Assembly: GCA_963696385.1 (NCBI GenBank)
Contig: CAVOKF010000005.1
Coordinates: 1,216,001 to 1,280,000, forward strand
From: an uncultured delta proteobacterium
Lineage (GTDB): Bacteria; Myxococcota_A; Polyangia; Polyangiales; Polyangiaceae
Direction: 5' to 3'
DNA length: 64,000 bases
Shown: piece after piece, positions 19,535 through 27,600 of the stretch
Numbering within the stretch: position 1 is the first letter of the stretch
Layout of the letters: every line of letters starts with the position of its first letter
Made by a program: the position numbers and the translations under genes
The notes under the pieces: generated by a model
Seen by the model: only the letters and a program-made list of their open reading frames with translations
What the model was told of the DNA's origin: nothing
Database searches by the model: none

Positions 19535-21013
19535 ATGAACGAGACGCTTCAGGATGGACGCTTCGTCCTGACCGGGCTGCTCGGCGAAGGCTCGCAAGGT
19601 CGTACGTTCGACGCCATCGATCGTCATGACGGACGTCGCGTGGCCGTCAAGCGATTCGACGTGCGTGGCGCGAGCCGCTGGAAGGACGCCGAGCTTGCGG
19701 AGCGCGAGGCGCGTGTCCTTCAGTCGCTGTCCCACCCCAAGCTCCCCCGCTACATCGACCACTTCGAGGAGCAGGGATCTCTCTATCTTGTGATGGAGAA
19801 GGTCGAGGGGGAAACGCTGGCGAGCCTGCGCGCTCGCGGTAGGACGCTCGCGCCGGCCGAGATTTTTCGCTTCCTCGATGACGCCGCCGACGTGCTCGAC
19901 TACTTGCACCGACGGCCCGTCCCGGTCATTCACCGCGATCTCAAGCCCGGCAACGTGCTGCGGCGCTCGGATGGGTCGTTCGCGTTCGTCGACTTCGGTG
20001 CCGTTCGCGACAAGCTGCGTCCTGAAGGCGGGTCGACCATCGTGGGTACGTTCGGGTACATGGCTCCCGAGCAGTTCCAGGGGCGCGCGCTGCCCGCATC
20101 GGACGTGTACGCCGTGGGGGCCACGGCGCTTTCGCTGCTCACCGGTCGTGAGCCCGAGACGCTGCCGCATCGAGGCCTGGCGATCGACGTTCGAGCGTCG
20201 GTCGAGCCGAGCGTCGACAGGGCCCTCGCCGGTCTGTTGGAGCGCATGCTCGAGCCCGACCCGGATCGGCGGCCGGCGCGCCTGCGCGCGCTGCTCGACG
20301 AGCTCCGCGCCGGTAGCGGCGATCGGCGCTACCCGTTCGACGGGCGAGCGCCCGGTTATCGGGGCGTCACCGAGCACATCGAGCGTCGCGTTCGGGAGTA
20401 CGAGCGTCGCGTGATCGAGTTCACGCGACAGGCGGCCGATGGGGGCGACGGTGCCGAGCGATGGCATCGCAAGGCAGAGAAATGGCGTAAAGGCGAGGAG
20501 AAGTGGCGAGCGGCCCTCGCGCGCCACCTCGGCGCCTTTGCGACGCAGGCGGACCGACGCACGCTGCGACGCGAGCGACGCGCCGTGCGCAGGGCGGCAC
20601 GCCGGCGCCATGGGCGCCTGCCTTGGCCCGTTGCGTTGCTCGTTGGGATCGGTCTCACAGTCGCCATCGTCACCGTGTTCGTGGCGACTCAGGTCCTCGT
20701 CCCCCTGGTTCTGCTCGTCCTGTCGCGGATCTCATCCAGTGCGGGGCTCTCGCGGGCGGCGGTCTCGGTTCGAAAGGGCGGCAGGACGGCGCGCGCGAAC
20801 ATGGCTGCCGCGCGTCGGTCGCTGATGCGCGGCGAGCACGGTGCCGACGACACTCTTGCCGGCAGTGGACAAGAGGATGATCCGGCTGCCGTCGGGCGCG
20901 TGCGGGTGAATCCAGTGCCGTCGCCGGAGTCGGAAGGCGACGCACGAGAGCCGGCCGACGACAGCGACGCCGTCGAAGCGGCGGCGAGCGACCTGGCGCG
21001 CACGAAAAGCTAG
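19535..21013 (+). CDS. Ser/Thr protein kinase with TM segment
   Basis: LGEGSQG, VAVK, IHRDLKPGN, DFG, GTFGYMAPEQ, SDVYAVG. Confidence 0.93.
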   Translation: MNETLQDGRFVLTGLLGEGSQGRTFDAIDRHDGRRVAVKRFDVRGASRWKDAELAEREARVLQSLSHPKLPRYIDHFEEQGSLYLVMEKVEGETLASLRARGRTLAPAEIFRFLDDAADVLDYLHRRPVPVIHRDLKPGNVLRRSDGSFAFVDFGAVRDKLRPEGGSTIVGTFGYMAPEQFQGRALPASDVYAVGATALSLLTGREPETLPHRGLAIDVRASVEPSVDRALAGLLERMLEPDPDRRPARLRALLDELRAGSGDRRYPFDGRAPGYRGVTEHIERRVREYERRVIEFTRQAADGGDGAERWHRKAEKWRKGEEKWRAALARHLGAFATQADRRTLRRERRAVRRAARRRHGRLPWPVALLVGIGLTVAIVTVFVATQVLVPLVLLVLSRISSSAGLSRAAVSVRKGGRTARANMAAARRSLMRGEHGADDTLAGSGQEDDPAAVGRVRVNPVPSPESEGDAREPADDSDAVEAAASDLARTKS

Positions 21014-21100
21014 AGCGCTCTCGCGCGCACGCACACGTGGCGCCGCCTCGAAGCACGCGCTCGCGTCAAAGTCCCGCGCTTTCCCAGACCGAGAACGCGG

Positions 21101-21580
21101 CTAGTGCCTGTGCGTAGCCGCGGCCTCGACCGCCTTTTTGACGTCTTCGTACTTCGGCTCGTTTCGCGGCTCGGTGCTCACCCACGCCCACGACACGTTG
21201 CCGTGCGGCTCGATCACGAACACCGAGCGCGCCGCAGCGGTGATACCGATGTTCGCCAGGTTCTGGAAGACGACGTCGTATGCCTGGATCGCCTGGTGCT
21301 TGTGATCGGACAAGAGCGGAAAAGGCAGCTGTTGCTGCTTCTTGAACTCGGCGAGTGAAAATGGCGAGTCGACGCTGATTCCCAACACCGTAGCGTTGAG
21401 CTTCTGGTAGTCGGCAATCGCGTCGCGGAAGGTGCAAAGCTCGGTCGTGCAGACGCTCGTGAACGCAGCCGGGAAGAAGGCGAGGACCGTGACGTGGCCG
21501 TGTTCTGGGAAGCTCACGGCCTTTCGCTCCGTATCGAACAGCGTGACGTGTGGCGCGTGGGTTCCGACCTTGATGGCCAT
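21101..21580 (-). CDS. Peroxiredoxin (AhpC/TSA family)
   Basis: FFPAAFTSVCTTELC, GISVDSPF, FPLLSD, ARSVFVI. Confidence 0.93.
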   Translation of the reverse strand: MAIKVGTHAPHVTLFDTERKAVSFPEHGHVTVLAFFPAAFTSVCTTELCTFRDAIADYQKLNATVLGISVDSPFSLAEFKKQQQLPFPLLSDHKHQAIQAYDVVFQNLANIGITAAARSVFVIEPHGNVSWAWVSTEPRNEPKYEDVKKAVEAAATHRH

Positions 21581-21598
21581 GAGCGGCCTCCTTCGTGG

Positions 21599-22030
21599 AT
21601 GACGGAAATGCATGGTGCCACGAACGAAGACGTGATCCCAGAGCTCTCGTCCGCCTGCGCGCATGAGCGAGGGACGCATCGTTCGGTTCGCGCTATGTTT
21701 TTGTCCGTGCGGCGGCCCGGGCGTTTCCAAGTCTTGCGCCCCGGGTTGGCCCCGATCGGCCTGAGCGCATCGCGCGCGCGGATCGGAGGCGAGGAGCTGG
21801 CGGTCTTCAGCTTTCCGGTTCCACCGCCCGCTTTGCCCGAGACATTGAGTGCGGCGGAACGCGAGGTCGCTGTGGCGTTGCTCGAAGGCTTGTCGAACTC
21901 GGAGATCGCGGTCGCCCGACGCACATCGGCGCGAACGGTCGCCAACCAGGTCGGGTCACTGTTTCGAAAGCTGGGCGTCCGTTCCCGTGCCGAAGCGGTG
22001 GCCGCACTCGGTCGCCTTCGGCGCGTTTGA
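21599..22030 (+). CDS. LuxR-type HTH transcriptional regulator (HTH only)
   Basis: LSAAEREVAVALLEGLSNSEIAVARRTSARTVANQVGSLFRKLGVRSR. Start uncertain. Confidence 0.85.
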   Translation: MTEMHGATNEDVIPELSSACAHERGTHRSVRAMFLSVRRPGRFQVLRPGLAPIGLSASRARIGGEELAVFSFPVPPPALPETLSAAEREVAVALLEGLSNSEIAVARRTSARTVANQVGSLFRKLGVRSRAEAVAALGRLRRV

Positions 22031-22212
22031 CGCCGCTCCCCTCGGCGCGGATCGTCGGCTAGATCCATGCAGAGTGCATCACGGCTCGTGATCTGCAGAG
22101 GCCTTCGCGCGCCGTCACGGGCTGCCGTTGCGATCTCCGCTTGCGATTGGGCGACAGCCGCTCAGCCCTCGAGCCCATCGATGGAACTGCTGGATTTCTC
22201 GATCCAAATCGA

Positions 22213-22241
22213 AGCTCCGGCTGCTGGACTCGAACCAGCGA
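22213..22241 (+). repeat. att core copy (displaced tRNA-Asn 3' end)
   Basis: agctccggctgctggactcgaaccagcga, identical to 29455-29483. Confidence 0.96.
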
Positions 22242-22506
22242 GCAAAGCACGCCGGAACATCTGGAAAACAAGCCGAATGGTGCGGACGTCGGCCGTGCTA
22301 ATTCGTCACCCCTCGCGACCGTTCGCGACCGTTCGATACCGCCCGATACGTCGCCAACGACGGATGCCGATATCGAACGCGCCATCGTAAAAGCCGTCTC
22401 CGCGGGCGCATTCGACGTCGCGCGGGTGCTTGCCGCGCAGCTTGAAAATAGGCTCCTGACGAGGATGCCGGCGAACGTGGTACCGATTCGACGCGAGCGT
22501 GTCTGA
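22242..22506 (+). CDS. Detached C-terminal segment (88 aa) of the integrase, rejoined on excision
   Basis: The att core reads SSGCWTRTS in the same frame as in the integrase and continues open to ...QLENRLLTRMPANVVPIRRERV*. Confidence 0.75.
22313..22352 (+). repeat. Four degenerate 10-bp tandem repeats (candidate Int arm or Xis sites)
   Basis: TCGCGACCGT TCGCGACCGT TCGATACCGC CCGATACGTC, about 70 bp from the att core. Confidence 0.5.
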
Positions 22507-22514
22507 CGTAATTC

Positions 22515-22565
22515 GTAGTGTTACTTTGTAACATTACTTGACGTCTCCACTTACGTGGATACAGT
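22515..22565 (+). promoter_or_regulatory. Operator-like inverted repeat plus sigma70-like promoter of the RHH gene
   Basis: GTAGTGTTAC-ttt-GTAACATTAC (22515-22537) directly before TTGACG-16nt-TACAGT; ATG 7 nt downstream. Confidence 0.55.
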
Positions 22566-22572
22566 GCTTCAA

Positions 22573-22752
22573 ATGAAGCGCGATCGATGGCTTCGAATCC
22601 GGGCGACTTCCGAAGACCTGGAGATCCTCAAACGCGGCGCGCAGCTACGCGGTCGCAGGGTCTCCGAGCATGTCCGCGAGCTGCTTCGCAAGGATGAGCG
22701 CGAGGCTCGCGCTGAATTGACACTGAGCCTGTCAGCATCCCAAACCCTATAA
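22573..22752 (+). CDS. Ribbon-helix-helix (MobC/DUF1778-like) DNA-binding protein
   Basis: KRDRWLRIRATSEDLEILKRGAQLRGRRVSEHVRELL beta-alpha-alpha pattern. Confidence 0.7.
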   Translation: MKRDRWLRIRATSEDLEILKRGAQLRGRRVSEHVRELLRKDEREARAELTLSLSASQTL

Positions 22753-22811
22753 AAGCAAACGCGCGCCAACCTTGCCGGGGGACGCGCGCGATTTGCCACG
22801 GAGAACGCAGA

Positions 22812-23147
22812 TTGAAAAATGCCACCGATTCGTCGTCGCGCAAGACGGCCGACGTTTACCTCACGAAGTCCGAACTCGAATACCTTGCATCGCTGCCAGA
22901 AGCGGAGGGCCTCCAGCTTGCGGAAGAGCGGATCGTCGCTCGGCAAGAGCTCGAACGTCTCGCACGAGATCGCGCGGAGCTTGCGAATGAGCGCGCAGGG
23001 CTGGCCGAACAGGCCACGCAAAAGGCCGCCAGGCTGCGGCACCGCGCAGATCATCCGGAGCGATACAACATGGCTTTCGTCGTTGATCGCCCGCCGAGCT
23101 TCGCGAGGAAGCCGCGTTGCACGATCGGCTCGCTCGCGAGCTCATGA
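22812..23147 (+). CDS. Hypothetical coiled-coil protein, possibly a frameshifted fusion with the next ORF
   Basis: Helical heptads ELERLARDRAELANERAGLAEQA. An alternative frame near 23092 reads AELREEAALHDRLAREL into the next ORF. Confidence 0.5.
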   Translation: MKNATDSSSRKTADVYLTKSELEYLASLPEAEGLQLAEERIVARQELERLARDRAELANERAGLAEQATQKAARLRHRADHPERYNMAFVVDRPPSFARKPRCTIGSLASS

Positions 23148-23581
23148 CGTTGACCACCGCATCGCCAGCGCATCGTGCGATGCCAGCTCCGCGCCCGCTC
23201 ATTCACGCCCGCCCGCGCGGTCATTCGCCTCGCCCGCAGAAGTCCGCGAGAGTTTCGAGCGGAGGTGGATGCGACGATCCATCGCCCGCGGAGCCTCCAA
23301 AACCTCGCCCCGGCCAGCCGGTAGGGGCACCGCTACTCGTTTCCGATCGAAGCGCATTCGCCCTCATCGGATTGAATCCGCGCCCGTTCCGGACCTTTGT
23401 CCGTGAGCGCGGACTCCAGACCTCGAAAGTCGGACGACGCACCGTCGTTCGCGCCGATGTCCTGCTCGAGGCCCTCGGGCTCGCCGACGTGCCTGCGACG
23501 GAGACGGCGAAGCCTGCCGTTGACTGGCGCGCTCGCGCGACACTTCGCCTTGTTGCTGGCGGGAATCGAGGCGGCCAATGA
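23144..23581 (+). CDS. Excisionase/AlpA-like winged-HTH protein
   Basis: C-terminal SAFALIGLNPRPFRTFVRERGLQTSKVGRRTVVRADVLLEAL matches the Xis-type HTH plus wing pattern. Confidence 0.6.
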   Translation: MTLTTASPAHRAMPAPRPLIHARPRGHSPRPQKSARVSSGGGCDDPSPAEPPKPRPGQPVGAPLLVSDRSAFALIGLNPRPFRTFVRERGLQTSKVGRRTVVRADVLLEALGLADVPATETAKPAVDWRARATLRLVAGGNRGGQ

Positions 23582-23847
23582 GCCCCGCCGACGTTTCCTC
23601 GTTCGACGCAATCCAACGGCTCTGCCAGGCGTTGGAGATCAAGCCGACAGTTTGGATCGGCTTCAATTCACAAACCGCTACGTGGTTCGCAGCGTGCCAT
23701 TCGCTGCCTATGGCCGAACAGCACAATGCACCGGAATTGAACGCGGCACTCGCGAATCTCGTCGCCGAGCTTCGGTGCCTGGCGATGGCCAAGCAGGAGA
23801 AGCTCGCTGCCGTCGCTGAACTGATTGCCGGCCCGGTGTCATCGTGA
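23578..23847 (+). CDS. Hypothetical protein
   Basis: 89-aa ORF with ATGA and GTGA overlaps to both neighbours. Confidence 0.55.
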   Translation: MSPADVSSFDAIQRLCQALEIKPTVWIGFNSQTATWFAACHSLPMAEQHNAPELNAALANLVAELRCLAMAKQEKLAAVAELIAGPVSS

Positions 23848-24734
23848 GCGCCGCCCCCGATTCGGCGCTTCAATACGTCACACGCGGGTGGTCGGTCTTC
23901 CCGCTCAGACCGAAGTCAAAAGTCCCGGCAACGGAACACGGTTTCAAGGATGCGACCCGAGACGCGTGTCAAGTCTACAAGTTGTTCGGCAGCGAACGCG
24001 ACTACAACCTCGGAATCGCGACCGGAGCTCGTTCGGGATTCTTCGCCGTGGACATCGACCCCCGTCACGGCGGAGACGAAACCCTCGGAGCTCTCGAGCG
24101 ACAATTCGGCCGACTGCCGGAGACGATCCGTGCTCTCACCGGAGGCTCGGACCAGGGCCAGCACATTCTATTTCGCCAGCCGGAGGGCGTGCGGCTCGCC
24201 GGTTCGCTCGGCGACGGAATCGAAGTAAAAGCCGACGGCGGCTATATCGTAGCGGCGCCGAGCATTCACCCTGAGTCTGGGCGCCCGTACCGCTGGGACC
24301 TTGGCGCATGCCCGGATGAAACGGCACTTGCGGACGCGCCTGCGTGGCTTCTTGAGGCACTTACCGCGGACACTCGGCCCCCGATCAAACCGCTCGACGG
24401 CGCCGATGCCGCCGACAGTGTGATCGGTCATGCGTTCGAGCTCGCTGAGATGCTCGGCGACATGTTGCCCGGGGGCAAGCGCATGGTGCGTTGTCCGTGG
24501 GCGAACGAGCACTCTGACGATCGCGGCTTCGGCAAGGATTCGAGCACCGTCATCTTGCCGCCGACACGGTGTCCACGCGATGGCCATGTCCCCGTCCGCA
24601 TTGCCACCACCGACCATTCCAGCCCAACGCCCCGGAATACGGAAGGCCAATCCGTCAAGAACCGTGCCAACGCGGCAATGAATCAGCAACCGGGCGCATC
24701 CACGTGCCAGCGCATACGCCCGCCGGGCTCCTAA
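23844..24734 (+). CDS. Bifunctional DNA primase/polymerase (prim-pol), no helicase domain, probably truncated
   Basis: GWSVFPL...KVP...HGFKDAT, NLGIATG, AVDIDPRHGG, GQHILF, GGYIVAAPSIHPESGRPYRW. Sequence after STVILPPT looks non-conserved. Confidence 0.9.
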   Translation: MSAAPDSALQYVTRGWSVFPLRPKSKVPATEHGFKDATRDACQVYKLFGSERDYNLGIATGARSGFFAVDIDPRHGGDETLGALERQFGRLPETIRALTGGSDQGQHILFRQPEGVRLAGSLGDGIEVKADGGYIVAAPSIHPESGRPYRWDLGACPDETALADAPAWLLEALTADTRPPIKPLDGADAADSVIGHAFELAEMLGDMLPGGKRMVRCPWANEHSDDRGFGKDSSTVILPPTRCPRDGHVPVRIATTDHSSPTPRNTEGQSVKNRANAAMNQQPGASTCQRIRPPGS

Positions 24735-25219
24735 TGGGCTCGCCACGGGCTTTTCGCTTGACCCCGTTCTTCGGTGCTCCGTACGCTCGGACAACGGGGG
24801 GTCAAGGGGGCGGTGCGCGTCAAGGGGCTAATCCGGAGCCGGGTGATGCCATCAGCGAGGTGGCGGGCAGTCTGCCTCGGTGCCACGGGGCTCGGCTGTA
24901 CCGGGCGCCCGGCTACGCGGCAGCGGCGACCGTCACGAGCATTCGGCTCACTTGCTGCGCCGCGAATACCGAGCCAGTGCGGCTGAAGCGTCCCTCGGCG
25001 GCTTGGCCACCTTCGACGGACGGCGGGCGTGGCGATCCACTCGACCGAGCTCCGCAGGGTGGCGGCCGCTCTCACTGCTGAGGCAGACCGGCTCGACGCC
25101 GTGCCCGACCAGGCAGCCATCGTGAGGCGCCCGCACGGACCGTGACCCTATTCCGTGCGCGCAGATGGCCCGCCACGGGTCGCCAGCGTCGCGACGGCGC
25201 CGCGCCCGGTTCGACGTCG

Positions 25220-25870
25220 TCAGTGCCTTGGGGAGGACATGTCATCGATGGCGGCAGCAAACTGCCGCATCAGCATGTCGCGCAAGAAGTTGATAATCGC
25301 CGCGAAGTCGGGCTCGGCGATGTCATCTTCGGTGCTCTTCGAATCGACCTCGCGCTGCGATGCGTCGACAACACGGAGAGCATCGATGTAGGCGTCACGG
25401 TTGTCGTAGATGAGCGATGGCATCGAGGGCACGCCCGGGAGCATTCGCCCCTCCCTCATACAGACGATCAAATACGCGATGGCACGCGAAGTCCGGCCGT
25501 TGCCACCAGCGAACGGATGGATCCAGTTGAAGCGCCACAGGGCGTATCCAGCGCGTTCAAGAGCCGAACGACTTTTCCCGCGGTTGATCCAGTCGATAGC
25601 GTCGCGAACGTGAGCTTGGACCAGCGAGCAATGCGGAACCTTATGCTTGCTGTTCTGAATGAACACGTCTTTGGTAGCGTCGCGGTAGCGACCACCGCAC
25701 GGATAGATCCCGTCAACGGCGATGCTTTGGAGCTGGAGCACGTGCGACTCTCGTAGTTCCGTTACACCGTCTTCGACGAGTTGCGTGAGATAGTCGAGCT
25801 GCTCGACGCCGTTCCGCGTTTCCAGCTCCGCCTTCCTGGCTGGATCACAAATGAGAGCCCCCTCGGGCAC
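25220..25870 (-). CDS. Fic-domain toxin
   Basis: IHPFAGGNGRTSR Fic motif and GRYR flap region. Confidence 0.92.
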   Translation of the reverse strand: MPEGALICDPARKAELETRNGVEQLDYLTQLVEDGVTELRESHVLQLQSIAVDGIYPCGGRYRDATKDVFIQNSKHKVPHCSLVQAHVRDAIDWINRGKSRSALERAGYALWRFNWIHPFAGGNGRTSRAIAYLIVCMREGRMLPGVPSMPSLIYDNRDAYIDALRVVDASQREVDSKSTEDDIAEPDFAAIINFLRDMLMRQFAAAIDDMSSPRH

Positions 25871-25876
25871 GGCCGA

Positions 25877-26059
25877 CTATTCCCCGGCTACCTTCTGATC
25901 CACAGCACGCTCGGCCATCTCACGTGTAACGTCGTTGTTTTCGATTTTCGTGTTGCCGTACGCCCAATCGACGCGTTGGTCGCGCGTCGGCCTCGACGGA
26001 AGCTGTCCGGAGTTCTGGAGCGCCCTGACTTTTTCGAGCAATTCCTCGTAAGTGCTCAT
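25877..26059 (-). CDS. Putative Fic antitoxin (VbhA/FicA-like)
   Basis: 60-aa ORF ending 6 nt upstream of fic, GGAG RBS, and WAYGNTKIEN resembling the inhibitory (S/T)xxxE(G/N) helix. Confidence 0.7.
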   Translation of the reverse strand: MSTYEELLEKVRALQNSGQLPSRPTRDQRVDWAYGNTKIENNDVTREMAERAVDQKVAGE

Positions 26060-26112
26060 GTTTTCGCTCCTCTTCAGGTGTATATCGTTGTGACCGTGAC
26101 TAATGTGCAGCT

Positions 26113-26144
26113 ATTGTATACGGGTTGGCAAGTACCAACCCGTA
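26113..26144 (-). promoter_or_regulatory. TA operon promoter region with perfect 10-bp inverted repeat
   Basis: TACGGGTTGG-caagta-CCAACCCGTA (26119-26144) abutting a minus-strand TACAAT -10 box (26118-26113). Confidence 0.55.
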
Positions 26145-26211
26145 AGACAAGGCTCTTTTAAGGAGGCAGGGAAAGGGCTCAGCGACACGGCCGGGCTTCG
26201 CCTGAGGCCGC

Positions 26212-26919
26212 CTACGCGGCCGCCGCTTCGCTCACGATCATCCTTGCGACCTGCTGCGCCGCAAACGGCCGGCCCGTGCGGCTCGTGTGTCCTTCGGCGG
26301 CAAGGGCGGAGGCCACTGCGCGGAGGCTTCGCCCCTCGGCTGAGAGCTCGCGGGCGCGAGCGATGACGGCTTGCTCGGATTCGAGCGCGACGAGACGCCC
26401 GTCGACGGCAGCGAAGCCGTAGGGCGCATCGCCTCCGGTCTTCTCGCCACGGGCTCGCTTGGCGCCGAGCGCTGCCTTCGTCCTGGCACGGATGAGAGCG
26501 CGCTCGTAGGCCGCTGCGCCGTCAATGACCGTACGCATGAAGGCGTCCGCGGGAGTCGACCCATTCCCTTCTCCCGCCGCGCTCACGACGACCGCGCCAG
26601 CGCTCGCCGCAGCTCGCTCGACGCCGGCCGTGAGCACGACGTCGCGGGCGATGCGATCTCGCTTCGCGACCACGAGCACGCCCGCACCGTGCTCGCGCAA
26701 GCTCGCCAGGGCGGCCAAGAGTGCGGGCCGTTCGTCGATGGCGTCGACGCTGCAGACACCCTGGTCCACGTGGAACGCGGCGACCGTGATGCCCTCGCGT
26801 GCGGCCCACGCTTCGATGCTGGCGCGCTGAGCTTCGGGGCTGAGCCGCTGGTCTTCCTTTGACACGCGAATGTAGGCGACAGCAACGAGGGGCGAACCGA
26901 CTTTGACGCGCTTGCTCAT
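26212..26919 (-). CDS. Serine recombinase (resolvase domain plus short recombinase/HTH tail)
   Basis: AYIRVSKEDQ catalytic Ser motif, RPALLAAL, VAKRDRIARD, YERALIRART, GGDAPYGF. Confidence 0.92.
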   Translation of the reverse strand: MSKRVKVGSPLVAVAYIRVSKEDQRLSPEAQRASIEAWAAREGITVAAFHVDQGVCSVDAIDERPALLAALASLREHGAGVLVVAKRDRIARDVVLTAGVERAAASAGAVVVSAAGEGNGSTPADAFMRTVIDGAAAYERALIRARTKAALGAKRARGEKTGGDAPYGFAAVDGRLVALESEQAVIARARELSAEGRSLRAVASALAAEGHTSRTGRPFAAQQVARMIVSEAAAA

Positions 26920-27033
26920 GCCTCTATCTGTAACACTTCGTTCGATGCGTGACAAGAGTGCACGCATCACAACGTAGATAGACACGGTGTGTTGATGCTT
27001 GCGCGGACGCTGTTTTACTGTACACTTGTGCAC

Positions 27034-27234
27034 ATGAGCAAGCCGAATACCGAATGGCCCGTCGTCGTGCGACTGTCGTCCGAAGATCAGCGGGCGCGCC
27101 TCGCGCGTCTCGAAACGGCCATGTCCGCGAAGCTCGGCGCGAACGTTCCGCGCACGACGATCCTCGAAGCGGTGCTCGCGCGCGGGCTCGACGCCTTGGA
27201 ACCGGAGTACGGGATCAAAGTTGCGAAGCGATGA
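27034..27234 (+). CDS. Small RHH-like DNA-binding protein
   Basis: PVVVRLSSEDQRARLARL...PRTTILEAVLARGLDALE; divergent from the serine recombinase. Confidence 0.6.
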   Translation: MSKPNTEWPVVVRLSSEDQRARLARLETAMSAKLGANVPRTTILEAVLARGLDALEPEYGIKVAKR

Positions 27235-27597
27235 ACGAGATCGTAGCCGTCGTCCGTGAACTCGGCCCCGACGAGCGTCGGGTGCTACTCGTGCTCGCGC
27301 GACGTCTGCTCGCGGGACAGTGCGCATACGGACGCCTCGACGTGGCCAGGGACGGAAGGGACTGGCGACGCGAAAGGGCCGACGAGCTCGCGGACGCGCT
27401 CGTCTACGGGGGCCATCGCCGAAGTGGCCGCGACGCTGCCGGCAGTCTCGACCCCGGCCGCCCCATCCGACGACGACGAGCCGTCGCGTGGTGACGTCGT
27501 CATCGTCGAAAACGCACACGATGACACCCCTTGCCTTGAATCCGAAAGGCTGGCCCACTTGGGTGCGGACAGAGTCGCGTCGGAAGGGGAGGGTTGA
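27231..27597 (+). CDS. Hypothetical protein with MazG-like acidic helix; probable frameshift at the G5 run near 27410
   Basis: AGQCAYGRLD...RDWRRERADELADALVY. Removing one G continues as GAIAEVAATL to the stop at 27597; uncorrected stop is at 27494. Confidence 0.5.
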
Positions 27598-27600
27598 CCG

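Noticed and set aside
22170..22290. Second tRNA gene at the left element boundary
   Set aside because: Only the 3' 27 nt of tRNA-Asn are present, with no D arm or anticodon arm. It is the att duplication.
26212..26919. IS607-family transposon
   Set aside because: No N-terminal MerR-like HTH and no tnpB nearby.
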